DNA of 64,000 nucleotides, taken from Mobula hypostoma (lineage: Eukaryota). The translations under genes were made by a program, and so were the position numbers. Every line of letters begins with the position of its first letter. The first letter of the stretch is position 1. The notes under the pieces are model-generated. The model did not search any database and was not told the DNA's origin. It saw only the letters and a list, made by a program, of their open reading frames with translations. The stretch spans positions 23,500,001 to 23,564,000 of the forward strand of contig NC_086109.1 of NCBI RefSeq assembly GCF_963921235.1. Reading direction: 5' to 3'. Positions 11,510 through 22,650 of the stretch are shown in pieces.

Positions 11510-12444
11510 TGAGTAGACCTTATTTTCAGTTATTTATTTTTACTACTGTTAGTGCTACCTTTATCAAATGCACTTGCTGCTTTGAGTTGGATGTTTTCTG
11601 TTTGAGGATATATCATCTTCCTCACTTGCCAATAATCAAAAGAGCTGTTCCTGCCTAAGAAGAACAATCCATTCCCATTGACATCCTGTCCCATCACATA
11701 TTCTGGCACATCCTGGCACTGAGTCAATCGATTCTGTCCTGTAGTACCTTTTCGTATTTATGGTTACAGCACAATGAGAGCCTTTAGTAATTTTGGTCCA
11801 AATCTATACCTATACCATTATTCCAAAGTTTCATTGGTAATCTTCCTTAGAGTCTCATCTTACTGCCTACATTGCTTCTAGATTCCTAATCTATGACTTT
11901 ACATAGAGACGTTAAATCAATGATTAAAAGGGAGTTGGGTTAAAATGTGGTGAACATAATGCATAAAATTGTTTACACTGCTCAGTAGAGCTTAATAAGA
12001 AATTAGTCTAACAATGCAGCAAACTGATTTGTATCAAACTGATTTATCAAAGCTCTCTCAAGACATAAATCCCTTCTCAAATACCTGACCTAAGTCATAA
12101 TGTATGTGTTTGTTTGAATGATAATTGTGTTTTGTCAAACATTATCTATCCTGTTGGTATTTGATATGCATACAATGAAACAGAACTTTCCAATATTTTG
12201 CTTTGAACATTTGTAGTCTGTATCAGATAAATTAAATCATGGTGCAGAATTTTAAAGTCCACATTGGAGATATTTTTTTATCCCAAATAGTTGCCCTGTT
12301 GGTTTTTCATTAGTGCATTTTTTTTTTCAAATATTGTTTTTCTTCTCTTCATGGAATCATGTTGCATAATATTATCCACTTTGTGATGCAATAGATCACT
12401 CAAAGAACATTTATTGTCAAAGTATGTATACCACATACAGCCTT

Positions 12445-12850
12445 GATAGGTTAGGACATTATTTGTTGGACCTTAGAAGAAAGAGGAGATTTGATAGAGG
12501 TATACAAGATAATGAGTGTTTAGATAGGGTAAATGCAAGTAGGCTTTTTTCCACTGAGGTTGGGTGGGACTGCAACTAGAGGTCATGGGTGAAAGGAGAA
12601 AGGTGGAACTTTTAAGGAGAATGTGAGGAGAAATTTCTTTATTCAGAAGGTCATGAGAGTGTGGAACGAGCTGCTAGCACAAGCTTGATTTCAACGTTCA
12701 AGAGAAGTTTGGATAAGTACATGGATTGTAGGGGTGTGGAGGGCTATGGTCCCAGTGCAGGTCGATGGGAGTAGGCAGTTTAAATGGGTTGGCATGGACT
12801 AGATGGGCCAAGGGCCTATTTTCTGCTGTACTTTTCTATGGCTCTATAAC
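12445..12850 (+). mobile_element. CR1 LINE 3' fragment
   Basis: RGDLIEVYKIM-type coding remnant followed by CR1 3' UTR (gggccaagggcct...ctgctgtact..tctatggctcta). Confidence 0.85.
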
Positions 12851-13624
12851 AAATATCCAATATGTGAAAAAAATGAACAAATTGTGCAAATAACAGAAAC
12901 ACTGAACAAATGATATAGAGAACATGAAGATATTTAAAACGTTCTCTCTGTACTATCCCATCAAACAAACTCGGGTTAGGTGTGGCGTTTGTGGAGTCGG
13001 TTAACCTTTCTGAGGTCAATAACCACATGTATTAGATAAGTGTAAAGCTCCCTCTGTAGTATTGAGTCAGTTGCAGCAGAGATTAACTACGGCGTAAACA
13101 GTATTTTACAATATTCTTCAATAATATTCTTCACAATATTCTTCAATGAGGGGATTGTATAAATGGCTCAGCTGATAGTAATGCCGCGTGAGGGATAGCC
13201 CCAGCCAGAGGAAGTGATACTACAGACAGACCAATGATAATGAGATGACTATTTTCTCTTTACACTGAGATGGCTACTTGCCTTTTTAGATGACCTTTGT
13301 CAAGTTTTTTTGAATTTCAAACATTATCAGCAATGTGGATGAGAGTGAGTTTCTTGCCTGGTTTACCCTGGCTCCCTTGGTCTGTTTCAGAGAAATAGAG
13401 TAGGGTAAATTGGTTAAAAAAAAAGTTGGTTTGGTATTGTCACATGTACCATGGTCAAATGAAAAACATGTCCTGCATACTGTCTGTACAGATTATTCCA
13501 TTACATAGTGCATTGAGGTAGTACAAGGGAAAACAATGATAGAATGAAGTTGAGGGGTTTTATATTCTAAATTATCACCCAGTTGTGTACATCAACATTA
13601 AAAGATACTCTGTTTTAAAAATTA

Positions 13625-13855
13625 AAAAGTCAAGAGATTCTGCAGCTGCTGGAAATCTAAAGGGACACATGCAATCCGGGTTCCAGTTTCCTCCCACATT
13701 CCAAAAAACGTATGGGTTGGAAATTTAATTGGTCACATGGGTATAATTGTCAATCCTGATGAAGGACTTGGCCTGAAACGCCGACAGTTTATTCCCCTCC
13801 ATAGATGCTGCCTGACCTGCGCAGTTCCTGCAGCATTTTACGTGTGTTCTGTTTT
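13625..13855. mobile_element. PLE inverted-terminus element with a short V-SINE (HE1-like) fragment inside
   Basis: tgctggaaatc..acac left arm; SINE core ttcctcccacattccaaa..ttaattggtcac; right arm cctgatgaaggacttggcctgaaacgccgac..gatgctgcctgacctgc. Confidence 0.7.
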
Positions 13856-14324
13856 AAATGGTGTTTGTTAAAATGGGATTTAGTTACATTAAGTCACCCA
13901 CTGTCACCTTTGAGCAGTTATATTGGGGTCAGGGAGGCACCCCAGAGTAACTCAGTACCACGTTCCCTGTTTTTGTTTCAGGTTTTACACAGAATGGGCG
14001 AGGCTTCTGTGAGATCTGCTCGTCGCTGTCCCCCACCTACCCATGTAAATAATGCAGACCACAAAATCTGTTCCTCAGCCTGCTTCAGTACTTCATGGCT
14101 TCCCATCACTAGTCATGTATAAGTCGCAAGTGTGTTAGGATTCAGTTATTTAGTCACATTGCCTCCTCTGCTCTAAGATGGTGATATATGAAAAAGGACT
14201 AGATTGTAAGTGTACTATCATTTTATGGATTGAAGTCATTATGCATCTGTTAGTTAGGCAGTCTGTGTCTGTTACCCTATATTCTATCTATTTATGTGTC
14301 CATCCGGCTGTCTGTCTATCTATC

Positions 14325-14548
14325 TACAGCACGGTAACAGGCCCTTGTGACCCAACAAGCCCTTGCCACCCATTTAGACCCATGTGACCAATTAACCTAC
14401 TGACCCTTATGTCTTTGGAATGTGGGAGGAAACTGGAGCACACGGAGGAAACCCAAGTGGTCACGAGGAGGACGTACAAACTCCTTGCAGACAGCAGTGG
14501 AATTGAACCTGGGTCACTGGTGCTGTAAAAGCTACACTATCGTGCCGT
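14325..14548 (-). mobile_element. HE1-like (V-domain) shark SINE
   Basis: gtgggaggaaactggagcac..ggtcacg..gtacaaactcctt..gaattgaacctgggtc pattern; further copies at about 38530-38850, 41060-41320 and 43490-43768. Confidence 0.75.
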
Positions 14549-14595
14549 TCCCGCATTTCCTACCGGCGTTGAGATCCCCTCTGTTGCTGCCACAG

Positions 14596-14743
14596 GGATG
14601 TTCGTTGGAATAAGGGGACGATACTGAAAGCCTCGGTCGAGTACATCAAACGACTCCAGAAGGAGCAGCAAAGAACCAGAGAGATGGAGGGCCAGTCAAG
14701 GAGGCTGGAAGTCACCAACAACCAGCTGCGGTTTCGCATTCAG
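14596..14743 (+). CDS. TFEB: TFEB helix-2/leucine-zipper exon: [49 protein letters not shown]
   Basis: ccacag acceptor, gtgagg donor at 14744; 148 nt, phase 2 to 0. NDLDVRWNK and SRRLE are TFEB-type (MITF/TFE3/TFEC have DP-(D/E)MRW and xKKLE/RSLE). Confidence 0.96.
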
Positions 14744-15419
14744 GTGAGGAAAGGAAGCGGAGGATGTTAGTGGTAAGAGTGTTCCTTCTGGGCCAAATGT
14801 TGTGGATTCAATGCCATTCCAGAAACCTGAACACATAATCCTGGCCAAAACTCCGGTGCAAAAGGTGGTGTTGGGGTGTCTCCTATCCAATCCAATGTGA
14901 ATCTGAGGCCAGTTTACCTTCTCAGTTGACATGATGGCAGCACTATTTGGAAAAAGTGCAGGCAAATTCTGCCTGATATCCTAGGTAAAACTGGTATTTC
15001 AACTATGATTTCTGAAGCGGTTTTTTCAGTCATGATCACATAGAGGTATACAGTAGGAAAGTTGACTCTTGGCCCAACTCATCCATACTGACAAAGGAGC
15101 CTTTGTGAGCTATCCCATTTGCCTGCATTTGGCTCATATACTCTAAATCTTTCCTATCCGTGAACCTGTCCCAAAGTCTTTAAGTACTGTCATTGTATCC
15201 ACCTCTGGCAGTCGGTTCCATATATCTAACACTCCCTGGAAAATCTTGCCATTGGATCCCCTTTAAAACATTCCTCTTTCCCTTTAAGACTACAATCCCC
15301 AGTTAGAGACTGCACTGTCCTGGAAAAAGACTGTGACCACCCACTTCATTTACGTCCCTCCTTTCTTCCAGGGACAGCAGTCTCATACTCTCCTTAGGAC
15401 TCAAACCACCAGGCTCAGC

Positions 15420-15810
15420 AACATAAGATATAGGGTCAGAATTAGGCCATTCAGCTCATAGAGTCTGCTCCACCATTCCATCGTGACTGATTTATTATCC
15501 CACTCAACCCAATTCTCCTGCCTTCTCCTCATAACCTTTGACACCCTTACTGATCAAGATCCGATCAACCCCCATTTAAATATATGCAATGACTTGGCTT
15601 CCACAGCCGCCTGTGGCAATGAATTCCACAGGTTCACTACCCTCTGGCTTAAGAAATTCTTCTTCATCTCTGTTCTAAAGGCAGGTTATTCTATTCTGAG
15701 GCTGTGCCCTCTGGTCCAAGACTCTCCCACTCACTCAACATCCTCTCCACGGCCACTTCATCTAAGCCTTCTCAGTATTCGATAGGTTTCAATAAGATCC
15801 TCCCTGATTC
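15420..15810 (-). mobile_element. CR1 LINE 3' fragment
   Basis: cataagatatagg..gaattaggccattcag tail plus GNEFHRFTTLWLKKF antisense signature; near-identical to copies at 30400 and 59258. Confidence 0.85.
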
Positions 15811-16643
15811 GACTAACCATCCCTGGGAATCTTCCCTTCACCCTCTCTAACTTAATCACATCTTTTCCAGAGCATTACAATGAAAAGCGCACACAGGATT
15901 TCAGGTGGTGGTCTTACTAGTGTCTTGCACAACTATAAGGTGATGTCCTAACCCTGTACTCTGCGGCCCAGCTGATGAAGGCAAATGAGCGGAACGCCTT
16001 CGGCATTTTACCTTGTACCACCTCAATGCATTTTTAAATGAATTGATCTGTGTGAACAGTATGCAAGACAAGTTTTTCACTGCTCTTCAGTGCATGTGGG
16101 AATAATAAACCAATTTACCAATTTATGTTGTCGACCTCTCATTGTTGTGTGCAAATTAAAGTTTCAAGTTTCAAAGTACATTTAGTATCAGTATGTATCC
16201 AGTTCACGACCTGAAATTTGTCCTCTTCACAGACATCTATGAAACAAAGAAACCCCATTGAATGATAAAAGTATCGAAGCCTCAAAGCCCCACCTGCCCC
16301 TTCCCTTTGTACAAGCATCAGCAAAAAGCATTGAACCCTCCCCTTCACCCCCACCCCCGCCAGCAGAAGCACCAAACATCAACCCCACCACCCCACCACC
16401 CCACCATGCAGGCAACTGCAGAAGCATCAAAGAGCCATTGATCCAGAGTTTATCAAACTACGATTCATAACCCAGCACTTCATTATATCAGACAGGCTCT
16501 CTCTCTCCAGCGAAGATTGCATTTCCCACTTTACAAAAGCGTTTGCACTTACACAGCACAGGCTGTCTGGAATTGAACTTGAGACTATCCGAGTGCCTCC
16601 CAATATTAACCAGAAGCATTTTTCTTCTCTTGGTTGTACGTAG

Positions 16644-17057
16644 GAACTGGAGATGCAAGCTCAGGCCCATGGACTGTCCACTGTCTCGCCCTCAGGGCTG
16701 AACACATCAGAGCTCCTTGCTTCTTGTGTCAAACATGAAGAGAATCCCGTGAACTCACTTCAGCAGCCACACCAGCACCAGCATCACCAACAGCCTCCTC
16801 AAAGCCAATTGGATTTTGCTCAGTCCTTTGGCTTTTGTGACTCCTCGCTGGGCTACGGTGACACCATGAGCCAGTTTACTGACCTGTCCTTCAATGTTCC
16901 CATCAAAAAGGAATATCAGCTGGATGACATGTTAATGATGGACGACGTGCTCTCTCCTTTGGGGAAGGACCCCCTCCTCTCCTCTGGGTCGCCATTGGCT
17001 TCCAAAACAAGCAGCCGACGGAGCAGCATTAGTATAGATGATGGTGACATTCTGTGA
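16644..17057 (+). CDS. TFEB: TFEB terminal coding exon: ELEMQAQAHGLSTVSPSGLN...LDFAQSFGF...DPLLSSGSPLASKTSSRRSSISIDDGDIL*
   Basis: tttcttctcttggttgtacgtag acceptor; in frame with ORF 16653-17057; stop TGA ends 17057. SPSG, LDF.xS, DPLLS and SSRRSS..GD(I/V)L match the TFEB C-terminus. Confidence 0.95.
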   Translation, partial: ELEMQAQAHGLSTVSPSGLNTSELLASCVKHEENPVNSLQQPHQHQHHQQPPQSQLDFAQSFGFCDSSLGYGDTMSQFTDLSFNVPIKKEYQLDDMLMMDDVLSPLGKDPLLSSGSPLASKTSSRRSSISIDDGDIL

Positions 17058-19974
17058 CACAGAACATCTAGCTTTAAAGCTACAATGTGTGTGTAAAACT
17101 ATTGGATGGGTAAGATGAGGAGATGCTACCTTTTGAGGTTCAGGAATTTCCTGAACTCCTACTGATTTGAAGAATGTATCAGAAGTTGCTCTCTTTTACT
17201 GACTTCCCGGTTTTGAAGATTTTCACGTCCTTTTGCAGGCCATATTTTAAAGATATTTTGTGGAGTCTGTCTAATATTCTTTTTCCCAGTCGACCGCATG
17301 ACTTTGTGCCATATCCATGACGCCACCTCTTCCCAACACTAATTAACGTACTCCCCCGAGTATACGACTGATCACTGAGCCACCATCTTTTAAGGAAGGC
17401 ATTGGGTTTAAGTCTGTGTTCAGCCACAGTTTGCATTGTGAAAATCCGTCAGTGTTTTCTGTGACTGAGGTGAAGTTAGTACCGGGGTTAAGAGGTGGAG
17501 CTCTGTTAGAAATTGAGGCTTCAAACATCCCTTTTTGAGCTGAATGATCACAATTCCCATTTTTCCTTTCTAGTTTGTTGGTCAGGCACAGCTTTTAATG
17601 CTGTAACTGGATCCTTTCTCACAGGATAATCCAAAATTTGAATCCTTAATACCACTACTTAGCTGATCTGTACCTGGAATAGGCTCGCTATTGCTGATCT
17701 AGAGAGTCCTAGTGTATGAACATTATTCTCAGGCAGAAAATGAGTAGGTATACTTCAGAGTCATATGAAGCTAGGGTTGGACTCACAACCCATTGCCTTA
17801 TTTTTAAACACCATTTCCCCCCAATTTAGACGATGTGAGAAGTCGCGGTCCACATTCATAAATGAATCGGCTCTTTTCTGCAGAGCAGAGTCGATGGCCA
17901 ACTGACCTAATTCTGCTCTTATGTCTCATGGTCTTTAAGCAGAGCAAAGCAGGTAGCTGGATAAGCAAAGTTTCTGTGGTCCCAGTCATATACAAATAAA
18001 TTAATCAATCCTTAATCAAACACAAGCAGAATCTCTTGCACTTATGATTTGCTGTTTCCAGCATTTGCGGAATCTGTTGTGTTTATGATTCACCAGTCCC
18101 TGTTGCTGAGTTTTATATGTGGGAATTTCAATTAATAGGATGAGATTGCCTTGTATTTCTGATGTATTCTCATTGTCCCTGCTATTTTAATCCATGTATT
18201 CAGACACTGGAAGTCCTCTCAGCTGAGTGAGTGAGGGCCCTAATTTTAGTGCCAAGGTAGGTACGTCAGGATGATGATTTTGTGATGTCCCCACAGTCTT
18301 AATCACAAGTCTGTGCAGCCTCTGATAACGAACAATCTCAGTCAGAGGAGATCCAGACAAGGGATTAAAACCAGTGGCCCTGGAGAACTAGAACTGGTTC
18401 ATCCTAGCCCTAAAGGCCACCTTAAAGTGTCAGCTCTTGTGCTTTCAGCCCTTACTGATCAGAGCTGCTCCCCACCTTGTATTTATTTACCTGATAAGGA
18501 GCTATTTCCCATAAGTAGCCATTTCCCCCAATCCATGGCAACTACCTGTCGCAACACACCAACTCAGAGATATGGAACCCTCCATTTTTCCCTTCATTCT
18601 AATCCCTCGCAGATACATAATGAGCTGCAGCCTGATCTCTGAAGAAGCCTTAGCCTGTATTCGATAGCCATCTTTTAATCCAAAGCCAGAAGAAATAAAA
18701 ATTCTTAAAGAAGCAAGTCCAAATGGGACACCAAGGACCGTATTCAGGGCCATGTGACTTGCTTTTGATCTGTGTAGGCTCTGACTAGTTTCTGTGTGAT
18801 CTGTTCACTGATAAATTAAAACAAGATGCTATGCTGGAGCTGATCTATTTAAATGTCATGGAGACAATGCTTAAAGTCTGCTAATTGAAGAAGATCTCAC
18901 TGATCATGGCTGGGGTATACCCAGACTGGAGCTCAAATCAGGGGGAGCTGGTATGTACAATTCCACTTACAGAGATTAGGAGCCCATTTAGTCCTTTGTA
19001 CTTGCTCCACCCCTTCGGAAGAGCTAGCCAAGTAGCTCCACACTCTCTGCTGTTGTCCCACGAGCAAAGCAAATTTTTTTCTTTTCAAGTATTTTGTATC
19101 AACAATATTTGTGGCTTCCCTCCCTTCAGTGTAAATTTTCCATGTCATTTGTGGGAGGCTTCATGTAGATGCTGACAAAATATGATCCAAAGTACTCTTC
19201 CCATTTTAAGCTGTTTCATGGCTGTTGGCCTGTTGACTGTAAGCCAATCATTTGGCAATTGTCCAAAGCAGTTTCTTCAAGAGAAAATAGACCATTGCAG
19301 TGAATTCAAAATCCTTAAAATTCTTTAATTCTTAAATTCTTTAAGAATTCTTAAATTGTTTTCAAAACCATGGATGTTGGGAATTTCTGTGCTTTTGTCC
19401 AATGGGGAAAGCAGGCCCAGAGTCGTGGTTTTGGTTCTAAAGCCTCCTAGGTGTTGGTGGAACAAGCAGGTTATCCAGAATATCAGTGAATGTAACGTGG
19501 GAACCCTGGCCACCTCCACTTCCCAACAAGCGATTTACTGAAAAAACTCATAAAGTGATGGAGTTACTTAGCAGCCTTTTACTTTTTTATTTCACCGACA
19601 CTTCTTTTCTTGAAGTGCCCAACTTGAAGTTCTGCTCTTGTCATCAACATTAATGTCTATTTCTGTTTCCTTGTTCAGCTTAATTACATTCAAATCAAAT
19701 CAAATCCAAGTTTAATTATCATTCAGCTGTTTGAAGTAGTGTTCCTCTGGGGCCAAGGTGCAAAATGTACACAGCATAGTCACGCAAAAAAGATCATATA
19801 GCTGTCTTGTCTTTGAGCAGGTAACTACCAATTATTTTTCTCTTGATCACTTCTACCCCTTTTTAAATTTCAAATTCACAGCACTGGTATACTGGGGTGA
19901 GGTAGAGATGGGGCAGACCCTCTTCCATTTGTAAGAGCAACCTTTGCAGGCTAGGTTATCATTTACGATAGCCT

Positions 19975-20460
19975 ACAGATAGCACTCCCAGCTCTGAAGC
20001 AGAAAATTGTAGATTCAAGCCTTGTGCTGGGGAACAGAACCCTTATCTAAGCTGACATTCTGCTGTTGTACCATCAGAGCTGCCAACATTTGGAGGAGAC
20101 ACTAAAAAGGACTTGAACAGATGCCATTGCTTTGCTCTGCTAGAAAGGGCTTACTCAGTTGTGAATGTGGCTCGGGCGCTCCTTTCATTAGATCTAACTG
20201 CTGTGTGGCAAGTTATGGAAAAAAAAACAAAGTGAAAGTTCCTCAGATATTTTGCACGGTGTTTATCTTTCAGTCTACCTTCCCAAAATGAGACCAGATG
20301 GATACTAATCTCATTGTTATTTGTGGGATCTTGCTATGCTTAGTTGGCTACTACATTTCCTGCAACAGAACACTGACTACACTTCACATCTATGTCGCTG
20401 CCAATGAAGTTCCTTGGCTCACCCTGAATGTGTGCAAAGGGGCAGAGAAATAAATGTGAT
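19975..20460 (+). mobile_element. Ancient Deu-domain SINE (SacSINE1-like), highly decayed
   Basis: tRNA-like head remnant, then ctcattg..tttgtgggatcttgct.tgc..ttggct..catttcct..actacacttca motif as I recall it for Deu-SINEs; similar remnants near 28720-28880, 37830-38050 and 48050-48120. Confidence 0.55.
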
Positions 20461-22039
20461 TTCTCTCCTCCTGAACTTCTTGCTATTTTTGATAATGTGC
20501 TGAACAAACTGGAAGCAAGATTCTCTGCCTGTTTTGAGTGAGTTATAGTAGGGAGCTGTGCTTGAAATGTAAAATACTCTGTAATATTGTGACATAGTCT
20601 GTAATATAATTCAGTGTATTGGAAATTTGGAAATGGGTGAAGCAGACTGCAAATGTTACATGTGTCGAGATTGTCTTTCATCTACTGTCAAATCTTTAAT
20701 TTTTCTGTTTTCCCCTGTTAACAAATGCGATAATGGTTTGCAAACCTTTTGCATTGTATTAAGCTATTGCTTTGCATTTGTATATGTCTATCCTTTGGTA
20801 TTTTATGGCGCACGAACAGGCAGTGATAAAAATCCTTGACCACATTGACGCCCACTCTCATCACAAATTCAGCTCCCGATGTTTGAAAATTATAGCCAAT
20901 GTGTGTCCTGTTAACAAAAGCAGGAGTTGTAGTTGTTTGGATACGGGTGTGACTGACAAGAACATATATTGTCCATCTCAATCCGATCCACAAGAAGGAG
21001 GTAATGAGTTATCTTGAACCAGTGCAGTCTGTGTGGTGGGACCCCTCCTTGCAATGCCGTTATAGGGGCTCCAAGATATTGACCCAGTGACAATGAAGAT
21101 CCAGTCAACGTGACTCCAGTTGGTATAACTTGTAAATCAGAGGTGGTGTCCTCGTTGACTTTCTGGGTGTCTGAGGTGATGAACAAGGATGATTTGTATT
21201 GTGTGGGTTGAGCAGGTTGTAGGATATTGGTTGTAGACACTTTTAAGCTCCAGCACCATGTTTTGAAGTGGCCAGATGTGAACTAGTAACCAGGAAACTC
21301 ATTGGGTCCATTGAAATGCTACTGAATTAAAGCAAGATTCAGTTCTCTGTTTCTCTCTGGAAGGACGTCTGAGCCTCAAGTTGGCCTGTGACATTGCTTG
21401 GCTCTTTGTGTGTCGTGTACATTTGCGTACCGCACCTCTCTAGTATATCTGTCAAACCCTCCTGTTTGGAAGTGCCCAACTTTTACTTTCATGGTTTAAG
21501 CCATACATTGCTGTCACGAAGTAATCGGAAACACAGTCAGTTTAAATTCTATTCATGCTGACTTTCAAACTACTGACCCTAATTTAATCTTTGTACTCTA
21601 CTTCGGGCTTTACCTTCCGATAAGAGAGTATTGGAAGTATCTTCTGCTCTCCCCTCCCCTCTGTGCTGTTGAAGTTCACACTGGATAAACCAGTCAGGAA
21701 GAACGAGCACAAAGCTGAAGTGTACGTGAGAGCAGATCAGGAGAGATGTTGTGGGTCTTGCGACAACTTGTGACTGGTTTCAGTGATATTTTGATCATTC
21801 TCGATAGAGAGTAGGGTTCAAAATCTCACTATCTAGGGACTGGTTTGACTCACCATCTCGGTTCAGTTCTTCCTCTGCTCTCACCTCCACCACACGCATT
21901 TCTAACTCTTGCCACCAAATTTAGATACTGGCTGTAGGCAGCATTTTTTTTTTCACAGCCAACAATTGGCTTCTGTACTATCCTATCACTTGAGATGGGA
22001 TGTTTGCAACATTGTGGAGACTTCCTTATATTTGAAAAT

Positions 22040-22650
22040 CAAAAAAATTTCAGATGCAGGAATCTGAAATAGAGACAGAAAAGCCTGCTGATGCTCAACA
22101 AGTCAGATGGTATCTGTGGACAGAGAAACAAAGGTAATGTTGTGTAAAGTAATATTGTGGTCCTGGTAAAGAGTCTCGGCCTGAAACACTGACTGTTTCT
22201 TCAAAGTTCAAAGTACACTTTATTATCAAAGTATGTATAAATTATACAACCTTGAGATTCATCTGCTTACAGGCAGCCACTGAACAAGAAACCAAATTTT
22301 CAAAAATGATCAACACCCATTGCAGAGAGAGAGAGAAAAAACAAATGAAATCAAATCCTGCAAGCAATAAAACAAGCATCAGCATTCAGAACAAAACTGA
22401 GTCCATGAACCCGAAGCTGGGAACAGCTGGAGTGGGCCCATAGTATCCATAGGTGCTGGCTGACCTGCTGAGTTCCTCCAGCATTTCAAATATGCTACTA
22501 TGGATTTCCAGAGAATCTCTTGTGTTTAACAATAGTAATGTTTTCAGTCAAGGGCATTTCATCATAATGAATGAGGAGTCTTTAAACTGAAATGCTAACT
22601 CCTCTTTCCACAGATACTTCATGATTTGCTGAGAGTCACCAGCATTTCCT
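22040..22650. mobile_element. Nested cluster: old inverted PLE element > younger PLE terminus (22142-22534) > Rex1-type 3' tail (about 22200-22445, minus)
   Basis: Direct repeat gtaatgtt at 22134-22141 and 22535-22542; PLE motifs on both sides of an aagttcaaagtacactttattatc tail. Confidence 0.65.

Noticed and set aside
19310..19360. AT-rich palindrome tttaagaattcttaaa within short ttcttaaa repeats
   Set aside because: Short and low-complexity; explainable by slippage.
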